Positions 41,406-51,392 of a DNA stretch of 64,000 bases are shown one piece after another. Both the position numbers and the translations under genes were made by a program. Positions within the stretch are counted from its first letter, which is position 1; each line of letters starts with the position of its first letter. This DNA comes from Sedimentisphaerales bacterium (GTDB lineage Bacteria; Planctomycetota; Phycisphaerae; Sedimentisphaerales; SM23-30): positions 32,001 to 96,000 of the forward strand of contig CAXXMR010000015.1 in the NCBI GenBank assembly GCA_963663805.2, written 5' to 3'. Below the pieces are notes generated by a model that saw only the letters and a list, made by a program, of their open reading frames with translations, was not told where the DNA came from and ran no database searches.

Positions 41406-42893
41406 GTGCTTACAGTGGAGCATTATGAGATTATCAGACGTAAAGTTCGTGATGGGATATCGCAACGTGAGGTTGCCCTGGAGCTGGGGCATTCGCGTAA
41501 CACGGTGGCCAAGGCCCTGAAAAATCCGATTCCGCCGGGCTATCGGCTCAGTCAGCCGCGGGTCAAGGCTGTCATGGATCCCTTCGCGCACATTATTGAC
41601 ACCTGGCTGGAATCTGACAAAAAGGTTCGGCGTAAGCAGCGGATGCAGGCGACCAAAATGTATCAGCGGCTTTGTGACGAGTATGGTTTCACCGGCCATT
41701 ACAGCACTGTCCAGCGGTATATCAAGGAGGCGAGTAATCGCCAAAAAGAAGCTTACCTGCCGTTAGCGTTTGAGTTTGGCGAAGAAGCCCAAGTTGACTG
41801 GCATGAAGCTAACATTAAAGAAAACGGCAGGGAGAAGAAGGTCTACGTTTTTTGCATGAAGCTGTGCTGTTCTAAGGCTCCTTTTGTTTGTGCTTACGAG
41901 AGCATGAAGATCGAATGTTTTCTTGACGGCCATGTCCGGGCGTTTGAATATTTCGGCGGCGTGCCCAAACGCATTGCTTACGACAATTTAAAAACTGCGG
42001 TTCTAAAGGTTCTCAAAAAAGGCAAGCGTCGGCTCAACCGCAAATTCGTAGAGCTTAAGAGTTGGTATTTGTTTGACACTCGTTTTTGCAATGTCGCTAA
42101 AGGTAATGAAAAAGGCGATGTCGAGAATCTCGCCAAGCGAAGTGAAAGGCAGTTCTTCTCTCCGGTTCCGAGAGTTACCGATATGGCTCAGCTGAATGAG
42201 ATGCTGATTGCTCAGTGTATCAAAGAACTGGATCGCCAGGGCCCTGCACCTCATACGAATAAAACCATTGGCGATTTATTTGCAGAAGAGAAAACACATT
42301 TATACGAACTGCCTGAGCAGAAGTTTGAAGCCTGTCGTCGAATATCCACCTTTGCGGACAAACAGCTTACAGTACGGGTTGATACTAACCGGTATTCGGT
42401 GCCGACGGAGTATGCCTATCAATCTTGCCAGGTCAAGGTATTCGTTGACCGGGTTGACCTGTTCTATAAAAATGAGCTGGTTGCCTCGCATTCCAGATGT
42501 TACGATAAAGACCAGTATATCCTGGATCCGCTGCATTATATCAAACTTTTAGAGCGTAAGCCCGGTTCGCTGGATAATGCTCGGCCATTCAAGGGCCAGC
42601 CCTGGGGCGAAGATTTCACCTTGATGCGAACAGAGCTTGAATATCGATACGGCAGTGAAGGGACCGGTAAATACATCAACATCCTGCTGCTCTTTATCAG
42701 GCATCCGCAAAAAGAAGTTGAACATGCCGTTGGTGTTTGTGTCAAGTGCCGGGCGTTCAGCGATGAAGCGGTGGAAAGCTTTTTACGTAACGGCTCACAA
42801 TTGAACCTTGCCGGCAATCAAGTCCTGGTAAACCAAGGCGATGGCAAACGCAATCTCGATGTTTATAACCAGTTGGCCGGGGAGGTAGCATGA
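41406..42893 (+). CDS. istA: IS21 transposase
   Basis: Same 495-aa protein as 10417-11904. Confidence 0.95.
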   Translation: MLTVEHYEIIRRKVRDGISQREVALELGHSRNTVAKALKNPIPPGYRLSQPRVKAVMDPFAHIIDTWLESDKKVRRKQRMQATKMYQRLCDEYGFTGHYSTVQRYIKEASNRQKEAYLPLAFEFGEEAQVDWHEANIKENGREKKVYVFCMKLCCSKAPFVCAYESMKIECFLDGHVRAFEYFGGVPKRIAYDNLKTAVLKVLKKGKRRLNRKFVELKSWYLFDTRFCNVAKGNEKGDVENLAKRSERQFFSPVPRVTDMAQLNEMLIAQCIKELDRQGPAPHTNKTIGDLFAEEKTHLYELPEQKFEACRRISTFADKQLTVRVDTNRYSVPTEYAYQSCQVKVFVDRVDLFYKNELVASHSRCYDKDQYILDPLHYIKLLERKPGSLDNARPFKGQPWGEDFTLMRTELEYRYGSEGTGKYINILLLFIRHPQKEVEHAVGVCVKCRAFSDEAVESFLRNGSQLNLAGNQVLVNQGDGKRNLDVYNQLAGEVA

Positions 42894-43726
42894 AAGATCC
42901 AATGGTTTTATTAAAAAGCTATCTCAAGACCCTGAAGCTTCCGACAATTCAAAAAGAGTATCAGACAATTGCCCGGGCATCCGCCCAGGCAAACGAATCC
43001 TATGAAAGTTACCTGCAAAGACTGGCCGAAATCGAAGTCTTTCATCGACAGTCGCAGGCCATCGCCAGGAGATTGAAACAGGCAAACTTCCCCATGACTA
43101 AGGAACTTGAAAGTTTTGATTTTATGGCCGTGCCGCAGATAAATAAAAAACAGATTATCGACCTTTCGATGTGCGGCTTTATCGACCGCCGCAGTAATAT
43201 CGTCTTTACCGGCCCGCCGGGCGTGGGTAAAAGTCATCTGGCCATCGCCCTCGGCCGGGAAGCCTGCCGACGAGGTTATAAAGTGCGGTTCTTTACCGCT
43301 GCTGAACTGGTTAATACGTATCTCGAAGCCCGACAGGAAAGAGCGGTGTTGAAATTAGAGAGCTATATAAAAAAATGCGACCTGATCATCATCGATGAAC
43401 TGGGCTATGTCCCGTTCGACCGTATCGGAGCGGAACATCTGTTCGGCTTTTTCAGCCAGTGCTATGAACAAACCAGCCTGATCGTAACAACGAATCTGCC
43501 ATTCGCCGATTGGCCCCAGGTCTTTGGCGATGATGAAAGATTAGCCGGTGCTCTGCTGGACCGACTGACCCACCATGTGAGCGTGGTCGAAATCATAACC
43601 GACAGCTGGCGACTTAACCAGAGTTTAGAGAAAAAACGGAAAAAAAGAAGGCTAAGAAAGCCTCAATCCAACGAAAAAGGACCAGAATCCCTATTGACAA
43701 CGCCGAAATCGGCGTTATTTTACTAA
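42890..43726 (+). CDS. istB: IS21 helper ATPase, C-terminus extended by a +1 in an A run
   Basis: Same as copy 1 until A7 at 43640-43646 (A6 in copy 1). Confidence 0.93.
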   Translation: MKDPMVLLKSYLKTLKLPTIQKEYQTIARASAQANESYESYLQRLAEIEVFHRQSQAIARRLKQANFPMTKELESFDFMAVPQINKKQIIDLSMCGFIDRRSNIVFTGPPGVGKSHLAIALGREACRRGYKVRFFTAAELVNTYLEARQERAVLKLESYIKKCDLIIIDELGYVPFDRIGAEHLFGFFSQCYEQTSLIVTTNLPFADWPQVFGDDERLAGALLDRLTHHVSVVEIITDSWRLNQSLEKKRKKRRLRKPQSNEKGPESLLTTPKSALFY

Positions 43727-43782
43727 CCTAAGTGGCTCAGATTTCGATGCAAATCTGGCTCCATTTTCAATACTAATCACCA

Positions 43783-44218
43783 CACAGTAGGTTATAACTG
43801 GGTAGAGGGAATACCTCGTTGTTATCGATACGTGAATCCATATAGCCAGGACAACACCTCAAGCCACACTGTAAACTGGTGGAGCATAGGAGCATATTGT
43901 GTGGAAACTTATGTTGGCTCTGGCACAGAGTACGGAAAACAAAAAGTAGCTGTCATGCTGGATTTAACTAACCCAAGTTCACAAGTTAACATGGGAAATA
44001 GATGGGTAGTCGATGTAGGATACAAAGATGGTTATGAGTATTGGTCTGTTGATATTGGGCCATACGATGCACAAAATCCAACAATAGTAAATGTTGCCCC
44101 TGAGTTTGGAGTTGTTAGATATTACCGAGATGACCCTTATGACCCTGACTCAGAAACATATTCAGAGTTCTCGAATATTCAAAATTCATGGACTCGATTC
44201 AGTAATAGATGTCCATAA
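43783..44218 (+). pseudogene. 3' remnant of an unknown gene truncated by IS21
   Basis: The frame is open from the IS end (TVGYNWVEGIPRCYRYVNPY...) to TAA at 44218. AT-rich; no family recognised. Confidence 0.6.
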
Positions 44219-44521
44219 TTGTTTTTTTGTGTTAGTAAATAGAGTTGGCAGATTCAGCTCCCAAACGTAACACTTTAGCCAAGTGAAGCGGCATCTTTTA
44301 CTTTCTGGTTGGCACAAAAAAACCCGAGATGTTAAGATAGGCAATTTGTGATATTGCGCGTAATGGTTTATAGTTTCAGCATGATGAAGCCGAATGCTGA
44401 ATCAATATAGCTCTATAGAAAACCTTGTCACGGACGGTAATCGCATAATCGCAGCGGGCAGCCAGTGGTACTGTCCGGAATTTGGGCAGGATTATGGTAA
44501 TGTTCGGGTGGGAGAGATTGT

Positions 44522-44614
44522 TAGAGTGTAGTGTTTTTTAGAATTAGAGTTCTGAATCGGACACATCGCTGTTAAGCGTTTTAGAATTTCCGAAAATCGA
44601 ATGGTACGGGGAGC
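44522..44614. repeat. Repeat R2
   Basis: 44559-44606 is identical to 63953-64000 (48 bp). The left part is a degenerate version of R1/R3. Confidence 0.85.
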
Positions 44615-45012
44615 GAATTCAACATTAGCGGTTTTAGCAACAAACAGATTAGAAATTATTTCACTAAGAAAACCACCAACCAAACCTCTTGTATGCTCAA
44701 ACGCCTGCGAACACACGGTCTGATAAAAAAAAACGGCCGAACATATATTACCTGACCAAACTCGGACGGCGAGTCATCACCACAGCCCTTAAAGCCAGAG
44801 AAATGTTCATAATCCCTGCACTCAGAGGAGCTTTGAATAATTGCTGAAGATTTCATTGCCATTTTGCGCAAAATTTCATTTGTAAGAGACTAAAGCAACG
44901 CGGCCTAAACCTGGTTGCTACCGTCAAAAAAGCCCTGCGAACATACATCAAAACCGGTAAATTGCCCAAACTCGCGGAGTTCTCTGCTTCACTTGGCTAA
45001 AGTGTTACAAAA

Positions 45013-47130
45013 TTACTTTCTTTTGATCCAGATAAAATCGAGGCCTATCTCAGAACCTGTCAACTCGCTCTGGTTTACAAAAGTTAAAATATGCTTCCCC
45101 TTACGTAAGTCAACCTGTCCGAGGCAAACATTTCGAGAGCAAAGCATATTTGACTTTGTGGAAAAATTTTTATCAGAATAAATACCCGGGGCTTTATCCA
45201 TATTGACAGAATATAAACCACCATTTGGAGAATTTTTACATGTTAGATTTATTATATAAACCCCATCGGCGGGAACTGACAGTTCAAAATCTTTGGTTTC
45301 ATCTTTTTTCAAAGGCTTCCATAAAAGGCATTTTCCCTCAGAATACCTCCAGCCGGATTCCTCGACACAATTATCCATACTCAAGGCCAATGAGCCAGGC
45401 TCATAAAAAGAATATCCTTCCGTGCCCAGCGCAGCTTTGGGGGTCCACGCCGCGGGCATTTGCGGTTTTTTAATATCATTTTTTGTGACAAACACACTAT
45501 CATCCCGAATACCCGGCATACCATAATAATAGGCAATGGTTGCATAAGAAAATCCGGGAGTTACGTCATGATGAAACAGTTCCATATAAAAGGAAAAATT
45601 CTGGTCGAAGGGGATTTTGTCAAGAATATGCCAGCGGTAATTTACCGTAAAACCCCGGTTGGCAGGGCCGTCAACCTTGGGCTGGCCGCAATATGGATAG
45701 CTAAAAATTTGGTTGGTCCCCCAGGAATAATTGAAGTAATCTTCCGAGCCGGTCCCAAAAATTGAAGGGAATTTTTCGTTATCGACATATATTTTTTCGT
45801 CCCCTTCGCCCCACCAGTTACCACCTCCAGAAGGTATATTTCCGGTATTCATTATCAGGGCCGAGGTTCCCACAAAACAGCCTCTGCCCAGAGCGATAAT
45901 ATAAGGCAAATCAATTAGCGGGTCACTGGCAATCAGATCCTGATGTATGCGCCATTTTGCATGAAAATACATGGACCTTTGGGGCAGCCATTTATAAGCG
46001 CCGGTTTTAACAGCCCCCTCCAGTCTGATATTCTGGGGGCCATAATTGCGAATATTAACTTTAACCTTATTTTGGAAAGGCATAACAAAGTCGCAGGTCA
46101 TCAGGCCACTGCCCTGGACCGTGAATGGCAAAGAACGGTAAGGGATAACGCCGGGAGCCATACCAAAAAAATCCCCCACGGGACTTACAACCTGCGCGAT
46201 TTCAAAATCGTCAAACTCTATTACCAGAATGCTTTGCCGCAAAGCCGCCTCAAGGTTCGGGGCAGAGAGTTTCAGTTTTAATTCATATACAGCCTTGCTG
46301 CCCTGATCAATAAACACATCCTTTTTTCCGCCGGGTTCGATCTCACAATTAAAATCAATTTTATTCAATAAATTCGCTTTGGAACCGGGATTTTCAAATG
46401 ACCTTACAATATTTTTGGGGACGAAAACATCTTGTGCAGTAATGGTCTTAATTTGGGTATCTGGGGAATATTTACGAATTTGAATCTGGTAAAAATGGAT
46501 TTCGCTTATATTGCCCTGCCAGATTATTTTGCAGCGTTGGGAAAATGGTATCGGAAAATAACAGGCGTCATTCTGAGAAAAAACCTTGTCAAACAACTCC
46601 TCACTGCCGGGTTTATCCATCCATATTTTATATGATTTGAGAAAGAAATCCTGGGCACTGCCTTTGTAAACAGGCTCCGAATCGTCATCGAGATACAATT
46701 CGATGATTCCTGTAAAGCGAGCTGTCCATGTCCTAACAATAACTCCCGGGCAATCAATATCACAAACAAGATACCTGCCTACACCGGTCTCATCAGGAAC
46801 ACTCAGTATTTTTGCGAAAGCGGGAATCGGCTCGTTACCAAAACCGTCAGCATTGGCGAACCAGTTCGGTCCGCCATTAATTTTGCTACTGCGGTCATAA
46901 GAACTATACTGTACCAGTTTGTAATTGGACTGCGGAAAGTAAGTTAATCCCTGCAAATCCGCTATTTCATTGACAAAATCTTTAAAGGTAAGTGATTCAT
47001 CTCCCACCACCTCGGACCCGCAAAACGCAAAACGCAACACACAAAACGAACACAAAAAAAAGCCGGTACTGAAAACTAAAGCATTTTTATTTGCGCTGAA
47101 ATTTTTAAGCCGTTCTGCCACTATTCCCAT
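45013..47130 (-). CDS. DUF2961 / glycoside hydrolase family 172 protein
   Basis: SSYDR, PGVIVRTW, PVGDFFG, MPF, WWGEGDEKIYVD, FGTGSEDYF, YRWHILDKIPF. Confidence 0.9.
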   Translation of the reverse strand: MGIVAERLKNFSANKNALVFSTGFFLCSFCVLRFAFCGSEVVGDESLTFKDFVNEIADLQGLTYFPQSNYKLVQYSSYDRSSKINGGPNWFANADGFGNEPIPAFAKILSVPDETGVGRYLVCDIDCPGVIVRTWTARFTGIIELYLDDDSEPVYKGSAQDFFLKSYKIWMDKPGSEELFDKVFSQNDACYFPIPFSQRCKIIWQGNISEIHFYQIQIRKYSPDTQIKTITAQDVFVPKNIVRSFENPGSKANLLNKIDFNCEIEPGGKKDVFIDQGSKAVYELKLKLSAPNLEAALRQSILVIEFDDFEIAQVVSPVGDFFGMAPGVIPYRSLPFTVQGSGLMTCDFVMPFQNKVKVNIRNYGPQNIRLEGAVKTGAYKWLPQRSMYFHAKWRIHQDLIASDPLIDLPYIIALGRGCFVGTSALIMNTGNIPSGGGNWWGEGDEKIYVDNEKFPSIFGTGSEDYFNYSWGTNQIFSYPYCGQPKVDGPANRGFTVNYRWHILDKIPFDQNFSFYMELFHHDVTPGFSYATIAYYYGMPGIRDDSVFVTKNDIKKPQMPAAWTPKAALGTEGYSFYEPGSLALSMDNCVEESGWRYSEGKCLLWKPLKKDETKDFELSVPADGVYIINLTCKNSPNGGLYSVNMDKAPGIYSDKNFSTKSNMLCSRNVCLGQVDLRKGKHILTFVNQSELTGSEIGLDFIWIKRK

Positions 47131-47192
47131 AAGCTCAATAATCCCTTACTATTAGCCTGTGAATAAAACCGGAAAACCCTCGCAGAAAAAAA

Positions 47193-47241
47193 CTGATGAA
47201 GGTAGTCTGCGTCTTATAAATCCACAAACTACCTCCATCAG
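47193..47241 (-). terminator. Intergenic stem-loop
   Basis: CTGATGAAGGTAGT...ACTACCTCCATCAG, with an A-run on the left (U-tract on the minus strand). Confidence 0.6.
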
Positions 47242-47252
47242 AAAATCTAATC

Positions 47253-50200
47253 TCAATCAACGAGAATCCTTACGCCGTCGGGGTCATGTGGAAACTCCAG
47301 TTTGAAAGTGGCCCCGTCATCGACAATGGTAAGCGTAACCGGGTTGTCCTCAGAATCAAAGGCTGAAATATCCGAGGTGGTCTTATTATACGGGAACAGC
47401 CGAACAACCGCGTCAGTATTGAGCGGTCCTCTCACGGCGAACTCCAGCACACCGGCATCGCATTTTTCATAATCCAATCGACCGGACGTGTGCAATACCG
47501 CAGGCTGACTGCCAGCTAACTTGGCAGTAACGTCCTTGTACAGGTAGCTTTGGCCCAGACTTAGAGACGGCGCGGTCAAAACTGGAAGGTCGGCGTCAAA
47601 AATATCAACCATACTTCCCGCGACGGAGCTGACAGTGGTGTCCGTGGCGTAACCAATGACATAATCGCCTCTCTTCATGAGGAAATAACCCGGGCGCTGC
47701 AAGCCGTTGGTTTGTCCGGCGGCAATCAGGGCTGAATTGACAAGCGGATAGTACGTACTCTCGGCGTTTGAGACAGTAGCGAAACCGGCAGGAGAAACAG
47801 CCCTTCGATAAACCATACCGGAACCGTAACTGTAATCGCCATTGGCGACACTTGCTCCAACCAGTGCCATTAAGTGATGGGTCGGAGAATCATATCCCAG
47901 GCCATGCCACCAGAACGAAGTCATATTGTCAAGCTCATCGCCGGTATTACCCAAGACAATCAATGAGCCTCCGTCGTTAACCCAGCCAGACAATGCCATA
48001 TTCATAGCAGCAAGCGTGGGCTTCCATTTTTCAAAGCAGACAACAATCACATCGAACCTTGACAGATAATCAGCATCCTGGTACCTCTCCATAACAACAG
48101 AGGAAACCGGAACACCTTCTTCTAAAAGCGGAACAATCTGACCAAAAGTTCCCTGTAAAGTTGGGTTGGTCTGGACTTGCCACTGCAAACTATCGGCAAC
48201 GGCAACACCGATTCCTTCTGATACCGCGGCGGGATTAACCCAGTCTCCCCCCAAAGGCATTTCCTGTAAAGCCTGAGTTACAGCCAATATTTCCTGACGA
48301 TACGCCAATGGCGCGATGTCTTCTTCGGCATAGTCGAATATTTCAAGAAATATTCTTTCCGGCCAAGGCATCACCTCATAAGAATCTGTTTCCGACAGGA
48401 ACAACATTGCTCCCACGCAATCCTCGTACCAGTCCTGATATTCAGCCCAGGTAAAGGTTAAATTATCCTCGACGGGGTCCACCAGGAACCACATCTTCTT
48501 ATCTGTGCCCAGGCTGAGCTGATTGAAGTGATCGTAACAGGCAAGTGCCGCACTGAAAAACGATTTCTTAGACGAACTGTAACCATCACGACACCACTTA
48601 ATCGTGCCCGACCAAACCTGAGCAATATAACCGTCGCAGTCACTCATATCGACAGTCTGCCCCACCGGCGAAGTCAGGCCGGCAGTTAAGTTACTGTAAA
48701 TGTCATGGCTGGGATAGATAAAGCTGACATTGGTGTCGGCCACCGATGCGGCCAGGCTGCCCAGCGAATCCATCCACAGGTTATTCAAAAGCTGACCGGT
48801 CAGGAAATAGCTGGGCGCACTTGCCTGCGAGCCCTGCCACGGCGTTCCATACTCCAGCACCCATCTATCTTTAAACGCCTGCTCATAGCCACTTTTGACA
48901 AATGAAAGTGATTCCTGAGGCATTATCGCCATAACACCGTCATCTATCATTTCGTCAAATATCTCCTGCTGATACTCGGTCCAGTCCGGCGAGGAAGGAT
49001 TGATATAGGGAAGATTCGGTTCATTGTAAACAGTCATTATGGAACCGTCGTAACCGCGTGCCAACTCATCCATATGGTCGGCCCCGTCCGCACCACCGTT
49101 GGCATAGAAGTAGTAACCATCCGTGCTCATAACGCTCATTGACCCCAAAATATTCCCCTGAGCAACCCAGGTGGTTCTCGCGAACTTGGTATCCTCCTCC
49201 ATCTTATGATTAACCACCGCGTCAACAGCAATCGCGCAATCGGGGTCATAGCCCCAGCCAATGCCCGTCTGCAGCATGGTCTTTACAGAATGGGTAAAAG
49301 GTGAGGTCTCTGAAAACGGAACACCGCACACAGTCTGATCATTGCACCCTTGCCAGTCTTCTCCGAACACTACAAAATCAAGCAGGTCGATTTCCATGTC
49401 CCGGTTCAAATCCGAGGAATAATCATAGTCGCCCAGCCACTGAAGAGCCAATTGTGTCAAATCCACCAAATCAACAGTACAATTTTTGTCAATGTCAGCC
49501 AGCATATAATAGCCCGACTGGCAGGAGCCAGCCAGGACCGGCGGACAAATCGCTTCCATCATGTTGGCATGTAACGCATAGGGGTAAATACGAATATCAT
49601 CCAAAAGCCCCTCGTAATAGTGAGTGTAGGACGGATAAGAGGTTTCCTCGGCGCCAAAAGAAACACCGTCGGTCGTCTCCCATATCCTGCCCGGACCGAC
49701 AACATCCTTACTGGCCGCCAAATCACCATCGATATAGATTTGCATCAGGCCCGCCTGGGAGTTATAGACACCAGCCACCTGATGCCAGCCATTATCGCCC
49801 AAACCAGGAGCAAAAGTCATCAGTTGAACATAAGGATAACCGCCAGTACCGACATTGTGGCATATCCAGATGATATAGTAATCAGACTGATCTCTATAGC
49901 TGAACAAACCCCAGGAAGTATCCCCGCGTGAAGCCAGGGTTTGCCAGCCGGATGCGGATTCAGGATCATTTTTCATCCATAGCGACACGGTCATGGCGTC
50001 AGGGTTCGTCAATTTAGCCGCATTATCGTAACCTAAGTCCGCATAACTCCCTGACCCGGTATTACTCATAACCAGACCTCTATCCGGGTCGTTAATGATA
50101 GAAGCACCCCCTTCAAAAGAAGCATTTGCCGCAGGGTCCACTCCTGACACGTCAGCGGCATAACTGGCGTTTGTACCGTCTTCAAAATTCCAGTAGCCCA

Positions 50201-51266
50201 CCATATCGTCATCAATATTATCAGCGGCTACAAAGTGCCAAACTGGCCCCCTAGTCAGCGTTTCACTGTCGTCCCCGCCGCCATTGGAGTCATAACAATC
50301 AACTCGCCAGTAATAATCAAGGCCGGAAGTTAAGATCTGCCAGTCGAGAGCTACTTTTTCGACAGGCTGCTTATCAACTATTTTGGTCATCGCGAATTGA
50401 CTCAAGCCAAAATAAACATCACAGGTAATAGTGTCACCCAGGTCATAAGGCTTAGGATTTTCCCAGCTCAATTCATCCAACGGGTTTAAGACCAGCTCGC
50501 CATTGGGACTCGGACTGTGGGCACGAGTATTCAGGCCCGTTGCCGCGTTGATAACTGTCCAGTCACCGGAAAGCTCACGTTCAACCGTGCCCACACCGCC
50601 GAAAGCGGTTATCTTATTGCTGGCGATATAGCTGTCTATCAATGCGATATGATCACCCCAAATCTGCAAAATACCGTCAGTAATATCTATAACTCCATTG
50701 TCGCCTATATCCAGCCCGCCTGCCCAGATGGCGCCACCGTCCAGATGTACCACGCCAGCCGCCCCCCCCATGTCGTTATTGCTGACATTGAGCTGCACAT
50801 TGATGTTTAACAATCCGCCCGCCATATTTAGTTCCCCGGTCGCCCAGGTGCCGACAAACATGTTGCTCCAATGGCAAAGAACCTCACCGCCACTGATGTT
50901 CACAACACCAGGCTTGCCCAACCCTACGGTAAATCCCCAAAAATCATCTCTACCTTCATGAACGGTCAGAGAACCGCCCGTTACCGTCAATGTCGCACCG
51001 CCGTTGTAATCGAAACCCACAGTAAGACCCTGAACCTCAGCGGTTATCGCACTGTCAATCAGAACAACAGGATTATAACTGCTGTCAATCCGGGCTTCAT
51101 CGGCAGCATCTGGGACTTTGGTGTTATAGTTGCCGCTGTCCATCTCAACCCAGCTACCGGCTACATCCCATCTGCCGCTGTCGCCGGTCCACCAATAAAT
51201 ATCCGCCGCCGAAATTGAGGTCATAACCAACAGCAAAAAACAAACCAGCACTTTTTTACACATCAC
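47253..51266 (-). CDS. 1337-aa secreted multidomain protein: Gly-rich N-terminal module, LamG domain, paired dockerin-like motifs, C-terminal putative glycosidase region of unassigned family
   Basis: Signal peptide. VGYWNFEDG..MTVSLWM..WHQVAGVY..GLLDDIRIY (LamG). ADIDKNCTVDLVD and SDLNRDMEIDLLD. The C-terminal 680 aa include a GH42-trimerisation-like segment (WVNDGGSLIVLG). Confidence 0.75.
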   Translation of the reverse strand: MMCKKVLVCFLLLVMTSISAADIYWWTGDSGRWDVAGSWVEMDSGNYNTKVPDAADEARIDSSYNPVVLIDSAITAEVQGLTVGFDYNGGATLTVTGGSLTVHEGRDDFWGFTVGLGKPGVVNISGGEVLCHWSNMFVGTWATGELNMAGGLLNINVQLNVSNNDMGGAAGVVHLDGGAIWAGGLDIGDNGVIDITDGILQIWGDHIALIDSYIASNKITAFGGVGTVERELSGDWTVINAATGLNTRAHSPSPNGELVLNPLDELSWENPKPYDLGDTITCDVYFGLSQFAMTKIVDKQPVEKVALDWQILTSGLDYYWRVDCYDSNGGGDDSETLTRGPVWHFVAADNIDDDMVGYWNFEDGTNASYAADVSGVDPAANASFEGGASIINDPDRGLVMSNTGSGSYADLGYDNAAKLTNPDAMTVSLWMKNDPESASGWQTLASRGDTSWGLFSYRDQSDYYIIWICHNVGTGGYPYVQLMTFAPGLGDNGWHQVAGVYNSQAGLMQIYIDGDLAASKDVVGPGRIWETTDGVSFGAEETSYPSYTHYYEGLLDDIRIYPYALHANMMEAICPPVLAGSCQSGYYMLADIDKNCTVDLVDLTQLALQWLGDYDYSSDLNRDMEIDLLDFVVFGEDWQGCNDQTVCGVPFSETSPFTHSVKTMLQTGIGWGYDPDCAIAVDAVVNHKMEEDTKFARTTWVAQGNILGSMSVMSTDGYYFYANGGADGADHMDELARGYDGSIMTVYNEPNLPYINPSSPDWTEYQQEIFDEMIDDGVMAIMPQESLSFVKSGYEQAFKDRWVLEYGTPWQGSQASAPSYFLTGQLLNNLWMDSLGSLAASVADTNVSFIYPSHDIYSNLTAGLTSPVGQTVDMSDCDGYIAQVWSGTIKWCRDGYSSSKKSFFSAALACYDHFNQLSLGTDKKMWFLVDPVEDNLTFTWAEYQDWYEDCVGAMLFLSETDSYEVMPWPERIFLEIFDYAEEDIAPLAYRQEILAVTQALQEMPLGGDWVNPAAVSEGIGVAVADSLQWQVQTNPTLQGTFGQIVPLLEEGVPVSSVVMERYQDADYLSRFDVIVVCFEKWKPTLAAMNMALSGWVNDGGSLIVLGNTGDELDNMTSFWWHGLGYDSPTHHLMALVGASVANGDYSYGSGMVYRRAVSPAGFATVSNAESTYYPLVNSALIAAGQTNGLQRPGYFLMKRGDYVIGYATDTTVSSVAGSMVDIFDADLPVLTAPSLSLGQSYLYKDVTAKLAGSQPAVLHTSGRLDYEKCDAGVLEFAVRGPLNTDAVVRLFPYNKTTSDISAFDSEDNPVTLTIVDDGATFKLEFPHDPDGVRILVD

Positions 51267-51392
51267 TTTACTCCTAAGCCAGATAAATAGAAAATTCTAA
51301 GCAACTAAATTCCAAACACCAACAACAGAAATATTTTAACCGCGGATTACACGAATTTATATTCGACAACTTCCTGGAGACTAAATTGCCAT

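Larger units (their letters stand above)
41270..43782 (+). mobile_element. IS21-family insertion sequence, copy 3 (complete)
   Basis: TGGTGATTAG...CTAATCACCA ends. A few SNPs relative to copy 1. Confidence 0.95.

Noticed and set aside
9529..43782. Simple inversion between the oppositely oriented IS21 copies
   Set aside because: Left flanks (GATAAT, TAATAT, AAAAAC) match neither right flank (AGACAG, CACAGT), so no swapped target duplication supports it.
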